Source: Tubiluchus corallicola (lineage: Eukaryota > Animalia > Priapulida). Taken from it: a DNA stretch of 64,000 nt. Both the position numbers and the translations under genes were made by a program. Below the pieces are notes generated by a model. The model was not told the DNA's origin. It made no database searches and saw nothing but the letters and a program-made list of their open reading frames with translations. The stretch covers positions 124,001-188,000 of the forward strand of contig JAQGDQ010000277.1 of the NCBI GenBank assembly GCA_030141605.1, read 5' to 3'. The first letter of the stretch is position 1. Every line of letters begins with the position of its first letter. Positions 38,549-64,000 of this stretch are shown one piece after another.

Positions 38549-40610
38549 CATGTTCTGCTGTCCTGATATTGTAAATTATTATTAAAAATTATTTTCTAGT
38601 CAGTGCATAAACAATGTTTTTGATTGTAAAAAGGGCAACTTACAATAGATATCGAAAAATGTTAAATTACTGCCATTGCGTAAAGAGTCTATAAGAAATA
38701 AAAATTACTTGTTCAGATAAATATAAGAAACGAAAATAATTATTAAGAGGAAATTATTATAAACAGAGTAGTTTTTACGATGTCCTTAAACGGATATATG
38801 TAACGAGTTTACAATCCAGTGAAGTTGTTAGGAAATTATTGCACGATTTTTAAAAATATATATTTATATAAAACGAACATAAATCACTAACCAGAAGTAG
38901 AAGGTAAATAAATGGTCGGTGATTATTTTATTAATTTGTGTTAAACATAATGCTACACATGATCACAGTGCCATAAGCCCGTGCTGTTAAAACAGAAACG
39001 GATGTCGTAAAATGGGCTAATGTTAGACTATGAGCTTCAGGCTATAAGTAGAACAGTCACTGCTTTTTCCTTTCCTTGGTTAATAAAGAAAAAAAAACAG
39101 TTTATATGCTATTTTCTTATTTTTAAGAAAGCTTGAAGCGCACTGTCTGATATTAACCTGCATGTATACGACATTCGTACATTTTACCATATTTCGAAAT
39201 CCACACTTACCATTTGAACCAACTATACCAATTTATTGCTCTCAATATTTTCTTTTGGGGAACTCTTGTGATTAATATCACGTTTGTGTCACCCAAATAA
39301 GGTCCCATGTTACACCGCCATCTTTTATTCTGTTCTTTATCTGCTAACTCTTGCCAAAGTTCGTAATTTACATGCAAGATATAGCCAATGTTTTGTTCAG
39401 TTAATGGTTCTGGTATATTTTTCCCTTATAAGCGTTGGCCGTATAGCAGCGTATGGTTCATTTGATTTTGCACCATCTTCTTGAAAAATTGTCATGTTGC
39501 CTCGCCACTGTTAACTCTAATCGATATAATTATATTATAGAAACAATTTTTATCGCACGCTTATAAAATTTGCACTAAATATTTATTTACAGTATATTTT
39601 CCTGAGGTAAACATATTTGAATTGACTCGAAATTGTGCATTTTATAGTAGTGAAGTTTACTTTTCAGAAAATAAGAACCCCTCAATCACTGTTGCATAAA
39701 AATATGATGTATTGTTAATCGTTTTCAAAAACGTTGTAACCGAATTTTCGCCATAATATCAGGTTATAGCGAGCAAAGATTAAGTGCAAAAGATTTTAAG
39801 TTTAATAAATTTAATCTTAATAAATGATAAATAATCCAATTCTAGATTTTATTTGAAAAATCAGGTTCTTATACAGGCTGTATATTAACAGGAAAATTGC
39901 AAATTCCAATATATAATAAATTTTTTGGATCAGTAAATTCAGTACTAAATTACAATGTAAAGTGCTTTCCTGCAACTGTACATTATTGTCTTTATTTTGC
40001 CTGATTACCTTTTCTAATTAAGTTAACGTGATAGAATGACCATTTAGGCACTACAATAATAATTAACTTATCATACTACACGTTTTGGTGCTTTGGCCTG
40101 GTTACATAATTATAATCTTGTTCAAAACCCTTATTGTTTTTTAATATACAACTACAGCGTTTCAAGAGATCATGAGTCAATATTACTTTCCAGATAAATA
40201 AGAGAATATTTAGCACTATTTATATTACCTATGTATTATAGCTTCATTGTCGTATGATGTGTAAAATAGACCGTCACTGTATTACTTATTCACACAATAA
40301 AATATTTTGTTGTGATAATTATTGGCTTGCACGCAAGTATGTTATTGTTATTGTCAGTTTTGTAAAATTGGTATTAGAAGCAGGTTTGCTATCGGCATCT
40401 GGTTATATCAGCAAAAGAAGATTCGTAAGACTTGGAAACTCAGTCGGTATTGTCAAGATTATCATTAATAATGGCACAAACTCAAAACTAATTAAATTAG
40501 TTATTATTAATTTAATTAGTTATAATCACTAGTGGGAGCCATGAAATATATGAAGAGCAAAATTTGGTTGGCCAATATAATGGATGAATTTCGGACTGTC
40601 TTAATCACTG

Positions 40611-40720
40611 GGCAATACAGTGACCTAGTGGCCTAAGCCGTCTGCTTTGCAAGCACAAGGTCCCTGGTTTAAATCCAGGACGTAGTCTAATTTTCACATT
40701 TCCTGTTCTTCCAGTTTTGG
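40611..40720 (+). mobile_element. tRNA(Ala, TGC)-derived SINE fragment
   Basis: ggcaatacag-TGACCTAGTGG (A box)..tgctTTGCAAgca (anticodon arm)..ccctGGTTTAAATCC (B box). Acceptor stem is not paired, and the tail is shared with the copy at 12688-12797. Confidence 0.65.
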
Positions 40721-42571
40721 TTTAAAAATGTAATTAATTGTTAATTTGCACTATCGCTTGGAAAGTTTATTGCCATGTTACCACAATTAGCTAAACAACT
40801 ACAAAGTTGCTTTTAAAGCATCATATCCCCGGTAATTGTGGTGACATTGCTTGTCCGTTTTGCCTTTTCAGGCATGTTTGCTTTTGGGTTGGGTTCCTAA
40901 TGAAGTTGTACCTTTCTAGAGAGACTCCCTGACTAGTGTGACCACCGTGGATTGCAGAAAATCTGGTGTCATGTAATAGAAGCACAAGTATAATAACTGG
41001 GAGCAATTGCATCTCTGGAATGTTCCTGTTTGATATTAAGATTAAACTGTAAAGTAATAATAAAAATCCGGTTAGATTCGACGAACTAATTATAGCGCTA
41101 TTGTTATTTTTAGAAATTTATTGAAAGTTAATATCAGTCAAAACAGGAACAAAATTACAATTGCTGAATTTATGAATCACGATAATCTTAGTGGCATTAA
41201 ACTTAGTTTCATAAGCCTACTACATTGAACTTAATATATACATATACATTATAACCTCTTCTCTATAGCCATGCATAACCATGAAGCGATTTTACACCTC
41301 TGTTTGAGAATCATCGTGGTAGCTGCAGAAAAGGCAGAAAATTTCAAATGTAGGCTCAAAAAATTCCTAATTACCGAGTAAGAATTTCTTGTAGTTTATT
41401 ACAAGATGAGCGTCGTTCGTCGAATAGCTACAAAGAAAATGAAAAATCTAATTAGTGAGAGACTGGTGGTTTATATAACTAGCTGTGCACGTCCTAACTT
41501 TTTTCATGAAGACAGGACTTTTCATGGTAGATAGAGGGGTCGTATAGGTTATGGGTGCGCCCTCTGAACTTCAACATACGTACGTAATCATATGAAAATA
41601 TTACTTTTGCAGTAATTGTTTAATTTGTTTGAATATCATTTTCCAGTTTTATTTTGAAAGGCCTTTTAACAATTTCTAAAGCCATTTTGGCCGAAGCCCG
41701 TGCTTAATCAAGCGTAAAGGTCTGGGCTTGCGTGATGTATGCTTTAACAGGACGGTAATGGTTTTACTGTGATAACCAGGTATGTAATTAGGCTGGTTTA
41801 TGTCATGTCAATAACATTGACGGCGGAGAGGAACGCTGTCGCTAATGTAGACATTATGACCGCAACAATTCCCGCGCAAATAGAGATGCATTCGTTTAAC
41901 ACGCAACGAAGATCCATTTATGCTTCATTAGAAAACAAGTCTCCACGTTTACCTGCAGCTAATTGTTTTCGTGAATAAGGTAGAAAAGCATGCAACAACG
42001 CACGTGCATTTGCGGCCGGGCGATTTTAGTATTGAAGGAGGTTTTCATTTGTGGTCGAATTGAAAACGGCTAAGTGAGAGACAGATGGGGATAAAATCAA
42101 TGCAGGAACGCACGTGGGAATAGGGAAAACACGGAGGACACAGAGATAATGACGATAATAGCAAATTGACGCACAATTAAGATTCAACGTCAATGATTTA
42201 TGGTGGTTCGATGTGCATGCTTTTAAAACAGAATCGAGTTTGCATGTTGAGTATAGCAGTAAAAATATATTGGATATACAATGGTTTTATTTAGTAACGC
42301 GTTAAATTGATTTATAATCATAAATAAGTTCCCATAAGGCTTACATTTTTATAGTTTCAGAAACTACAAATAGTTTTTTATTAAAGATTCTCAATGTCAA
42401 ACAAATCACTAAAGTCACAGTGTAAAATGTGTGCAATAAATTCTAAAATTTTGCTAAAACAATCGCTCAGCGTCATTACAGAACTAGAATTACACGGAAA
42501 TTACGGAAATATAAGTTCAAAATTGTCCTAGTGCACGTAATTTCCAAATTTTAAAACAATTGTCTGCATAA

Positions 42572-42695
42572 TGGCGCGTTCAAACGTAAATACTTCTCTC
42601 GATACTTGTTGCTCAACTTCTCTCTGAGAGACCGTCCATACGTTGCACCTTTATTCTCAGAGTAGCAAGAGAAGTTTCTACATCTGAACGCGCCA
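42572..42695. mobile_element. PIF/Harbinger-type MITE
   Basis: TIRs TGGCGCGTTCA...TGAACGCGCCA with further internal complementarity, flanked by TAA on both sides (42569-42571 and 42696-42698). Confidence 0.75.
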
Positions 42696-44085
42696 TAATG
42701 CAAATGTCTGCAGCAACTTTTCTATATGATGTGATATATGAAAGTACTGTGCAGTCAAAATTGGGACTATGCGGGGATGCTTTCTGATCAGAAACAATTT
42801 TTTTTATTTGTTTTTATAAATCACTATAATTATTATTTTTATCGTTTTACTTAATTTTACTTAATACACTGAAGATGCTCACAACAAAGTTGTCATGAAT
42901 GGATTCTATACTTTCACTAGTACATTTCAGTATGTAGGAACTAGATTAACGAATGAATGGGTTGTTCACTAGTACGTATTACATACTGTTTCTGTACCCT
43001 TCCGATTTGTGAAACTAATTTTTAAAATGTAAGTTTGCATTACGCATAATATTATTAATAATTATTCTACTTTACTTTATGCATGTTTATAGTTGTAGAT
43101 ATTCAATTAAAAAGCCAAAACTCTGTAGTGTCATTGAGAAAAGTGAATGTGCTATTGTGAAAGGATTGTAAAGTTAACAGTTTTGAGTTAAAAAGAGTAT
43201 AACAAATAACATTATTAACAGAATTATTAATTAATGTATAAGGAGCAATCGATCAAACGTACATTTTGATAACATAGGAAAAGTTCTGCTATTGCAAAGA
43301 TAATCAAAATTTGTTTTTTGAATTTTTTGCTATTGCGTCTTTGCTGTTTTTAAAAGATTTAATGCTAAAGAGCTATGCGTTTGCTTAAACTGAAATGGCT
43401 AAAAAAGTACCCTATATTGTCGCGTACTATGCGTGCACTTACAAGCCATTAGGCATGATATTAATAAAAAGCAAGGATAAAGCATCCTGTTCGCTGTTTA
43501 TTCCTAATTTATATTGATTCTAATAAGTCTATGTACACCAAATTTAATTTAATTTATTAATATAAATTTAACTCCAGTTGTTTAGTATTAATAATATATT
43601 TGCAAATTTATGTCTAACTAGGGTGTATAGTGTAGCTAGGCACACACTTTTAATTGAATCGTTCGAATGAAACATTGAAGGTAAAAATATGCAGCGTTTT
43701 TTCAAATAAGAAATTTGAAAGAAAGGCGAGTTGCAGTAACGTTAAAAAGCGCTTTTTCTATGTAATTTCGTCAAAAACTGAAATGTAAAGCAAGTCTTGA
43801 AAATTTTAGGCCATCGACGATGGAGTTCTTATCTTAATTTTATTTTATTTTTGCTTGTAGGGTCAATAATAGAGGACGTATTTCATATAGAAATATACAA
43901 GGAATCAAGCACTTTTGCTGACCTTCCACCAAACTTTATATTTCTTTTTCAGATATAAATTTTTATTTTTATTAAATTTCTAAATACATCAGCAGGACGA
44001 TCAACGCCTTCAGGATGTTTCTTCAGGATGATATACAGGGTAGTCCAGAAAAACAGGTTCCCTCAAACTAATTCGTCGTCTTTTA

Positions 44086-44404
44086 TCCTGGTAGAAGTAT
44101 ATGTAAAGAGACCACGCCATCTTATATCCCGGGTTTTCTCTACTCAAGGGTATAAATTTTCTTCTAGGAGCCTCACCAAGGTGCCCCAGAACGTTTTTTA
44201 TACGATGCTCCTCTGGGAACTGTGAGCAAAAGGGCTCCAAAAATCGCGGAATTTTTGCTCATTGCCGGAACAGCTTGTAGAAAAAACGTCCTCTAGCGGC
44301 GTTTGGGGTGGGCTCAAGGAAGAAATTTTTGGAACGTCTCTGGAAAGAGGAGAAACCGGGCTACACGGTGATGTGGGCCTCTGTTACCAACGTTTCTACC
44401 AGGA
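44086..44404. mobile_element. diverged ~320-bp foldback (MITE-like) element
   Basis: tcctggtagaa...aacgtttttt...tgagcaaaa pairs with ttttgctca...aaaaaacgt...ttctaccagga; locally GC-richer than the flanks. Confidence 0.65.
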
Positions 44405-46409
44405 AGAAGGGTTATGAGTTATTTTGGGAAAACGTTTTTCGTTCTCGGCGGCCCTGATTTAATTGTCATTTAATTAATGCGCGTTTTCTGCGTTTAATAG
44501 AAGCAGCGTACGTTCGCATTCGATTACAGAATCGGTTAATTGTCAGCTGGCCGAGTTTGGTCGGACGGCATGCTGACTGGTAATAAAACACATCTTTTGT
44601 GCCTCCACGATTCCCGCGGATGTAGCAATATCCTGACCAAGGAGCAATACAATTACTCTCCTACTGAATCACTGTAACGTCTGTAATTGAAAATTTATTT
44701 GAGGATAAACATCTCGCTTGCTCAATTATACTATACAGAGGTAGCCGTCAGCTGGATGCAAAAGATGTCTGCTTAACGAGCCTTTCTAATGTGGCTTCCC
44801 CGACAATCAGTTTAATATACTGAAATTTTTCACTTGAATATCGATTTTACCATTACAGTCATGCAAAAATACACACGTCGATGATTTGGCAATATTATGA
44901 AAATTTATGGTAAAGATAAAGGCAAAATTCAGAGTCGAAAAACTCGGGCAAAATAAGCTACAGCATACCATTCAATACGCTATTATTAAGTAATCACACC
45001 TTTGTAAGTGAGCAAACTACTTTTACACTTAATTGTGCTTTTTTATTTTATTTAAATTGATTAATGCCGTTTTTATGCACTTTAGTTTTAGATTCACCAT
45101 CCCACAATTTAGTTTTACCGTACTCTTGTAATATATGTTTTCCATGTAGTTTTTATTGCAAAATAAAAATCTTAATCTAATCTGTTCAATTGTTATTAAC
45201 ATTTTATTTTAACATCTTTACCATTTTAAGACTCAATTATAAGTGTGAACATAAAACATAAACTTTTAAACTGATAAAGTCTGGTAAACTATAAAAATAA
45301 ATGAACCCAATATTTTTGAAATCGGTGACCCAATAATTAGTATTATGCTTATTGTGTTATTCCTGCGATTAAATTTTTAATAAATGATTTAAATGTTTAT
45401 TTTAAGAAACTTAATTATGCCTATTTATTTTAGTTAATTCTATGTCGCTATGTCAAATGGCTCAACGTGATTGAAAAATCAATTTGGTTGAGCTATACAT
45501 CAAATTGGGCAATCATCATACTCATTTATAAGGTGTCAGTTTTACCTTCAGTTTACTTATTTTGAGTACTTAGTTACTCAAATTGAGTCTACGATACTCA
45601 ATTTTCAAATTAATCAGAGTACAAACATTTTATAAAATTACTCTAGCTCTGTTAATCCATTTGTCAAATTACTCCTTTTGAGTTATTCAGCAATAAAGCT
45701 TAATCATATTGAGTAACGCGACTTTTTATAGTAATTGATCGAAAGGCGTAGAAATGTAGCATGAATATTTTCTACTATCAAGCAGCACTCTGCTGGCGCC
45801 ATCTGCCAGCTGAAAATCAAATCATTCAATATAAAACAGAAAAAATGATTTAGATCATTATCATGAGTGCACTTTTATTTTACGCCAATAAATTAAAAAA
45901 AACTGATTTTCAGAATGCACAAATAAATTAATATAAAACAAACATTGAAAATACTGATTTTCATTAATCACATAAATCAATATTTACAAAATAATGGCCG
46001 ATTGGGTCCTATTATTGTAGTCATACCACCACTTAGTTCAAACGTAGTAATGAAGTTAAAATAGTAGGTCAAGTGTATTAAACCGTGGATTCAATCAATA
46101 TGCAATTAATAAATTTTCAAAAGTAATTAGGCCTATAATGTTGATGTGTTACTGTTATTTTAACTTAAACAAAACGTTACATTCACAAATACAAAATACA
46201 TGTTTAGTTAAGTAGTAAATATTTTAACCTAGAGTTTTACATGACATTTACTGACATGAGGATTCAATTTTAGAAACTCAGAAGTGGTGGCGTGGCATGG
46301 GAAGCCTTGTGCAGCATTTGTCTCATTTAACGGAATACAATAAAGTGTTGATTGCTAACATGGTTATCTTGAAAATGTAGCATTCTATTTTAGAATAATT
46401 ACATTTTAT

Positions 46410-62844
<16,435 letters not shown>

Positions 62845-63132
62845 ATCATTATACTGTTACTATCGCGGGAATCCAATAGCTAGACGTGAGGAATAGTAGC
62901 AAAGTTTACAGATGAAACAGGAAAAAGATTTGAAACTATAGCGTTTGGGAGGGGTGAGTATATATCAAATGTTTTCTGAAGCTTTTTCATAAAACTTTTC
63001 GTAGATATTGGATGATGCTAATAAATGATTAAGCATTTGTAAATTGTATACAGTAATTCATATTGAAATTAGCATATGTCATGCTTTTTAAACGAAAAGG
63101 CACAATACTGAAGCAGATACTGTAGCCGCTTG

Positions 63133-63160
63133 AACCGGAAGTCGGTAGTAATCGGAAGTT
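63133..63160. promoter_or_regulatory. paired ETS-type sites upstream of the ADAM start codon
   Basis: aaCCGGAAGT and atCGGAAGT about 300 bp upstream of the ADAM ATG at 62844. Confidence 0.4.
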
Positions 63161-64000
63161 ACCCCCTGTCTTGCCAAAGTCTGCATTCCAGGACACCAAT
63201 TTCAGAATAAAATGAGTTGGCAGTCATAAGTGTAATAATCAATTACGTTCATATCCGTAAAGGGACATCTAATTTATTAAAGTTTAGATGTGAGAATAAG
63301 CATTATAAATAACTAGTCCGGAATGTGAAGTATTCGGTTACTCACTCGCTCAGGGAGTTTCTTATACTCAACTGCTTGAAAAAGTCACTTAGAAGACAAT
63401 TTACCATTATCATGATTCCCTGTTTTCATAAATAAGTTATTTTAAACACCATAGTTTGCCCTTATCATGTCATCCAATATAGAAACGTAAACATTTAGAA
63501 TATAGAAAAACTTTGTTGTTACGTTAAAAAACTTAAAACTGTTAAAATCTTGTTACACGAGGAACAACAAGAACGAAAACGACAACAACATCACCGCGAA
63601 ACAGACCTCTTTTTAGAGTTAGCGAACGAGTAACCCCAAAAAGCCGTCCCAGTAACTGAGTGAAAAGTTATGCAAAGCTCAGTTGAGAAAGCTATGGGTT
63701 TATAGCAATTTTGGCGGGGTTTGGCTAGTCTGTATAATTAATTTCGGTGGTATGGGGTGTATACATATTATAATTAATATATATATATATATACATATAC
63801 AAGATTCGAGGCTACCATTCGGCGAACTACATACATAATGAAAAGCCTCGATCTAGTGTCGTCTTATTGATGGTTTATCTTTCGAATCGGGTCCACCCCG
63901 GAGGAACGGCGAGGCGACAAACCTCGAGACCGCGTACGGGCCGGGAGAGGCGACTAATGGTTGGATAGCCTGTGCAAAGGTGGATGCCACGGCGTCTTCC

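Noticed and set aside
40611-40690. Functional tRNA-Ala gene
   Set aside because: The acceptor stem does not pair, the B box is mutated (GGTTTAAA), and it shares a non-tRNA tail with a second copy at 12688-12797, so it is a SINE.

Overview
AT-rich, intron-rich animal (invertebrate, probably non-chordate) genomic DNA. From left to right it contains four genes. (1) The 5' part of the PRD-class homeobox gene homeobrain (minus strand; last exon lies left of the window). (2) An unrecognised 5-exon gene for a signal-peptide protein ending in RVEL (minus strand), whose best exon chain has one in-frame TAA. (3) A complete 3-exon orthopedia (otp) gene (plus strand), divergent from hbn. (4) A complete 22-exon membrane ADAM metalloprotease of the meltrin/ADAM12-like type (minus strand), convergent with otp. 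Main points of interest: two tandem, phase-locked paralogous ADAM exons that encode the hypervariable part of the cysteine-rich domain and must be mutually exclusive; an hbn-otp pair with no Rx between them and an orphan gene in that interval; and two foldback elements carrying Penelope-type minimal hammerhead ribozyme motifs. Also present are tRNA-derived SINEs, Harbinger-type MITEs, a minisatellite, many microsatellites and homeodomain-site-rich non-coding blocks. All gene models were built by eye from splice sites and reading-frame phase; no database search was run.
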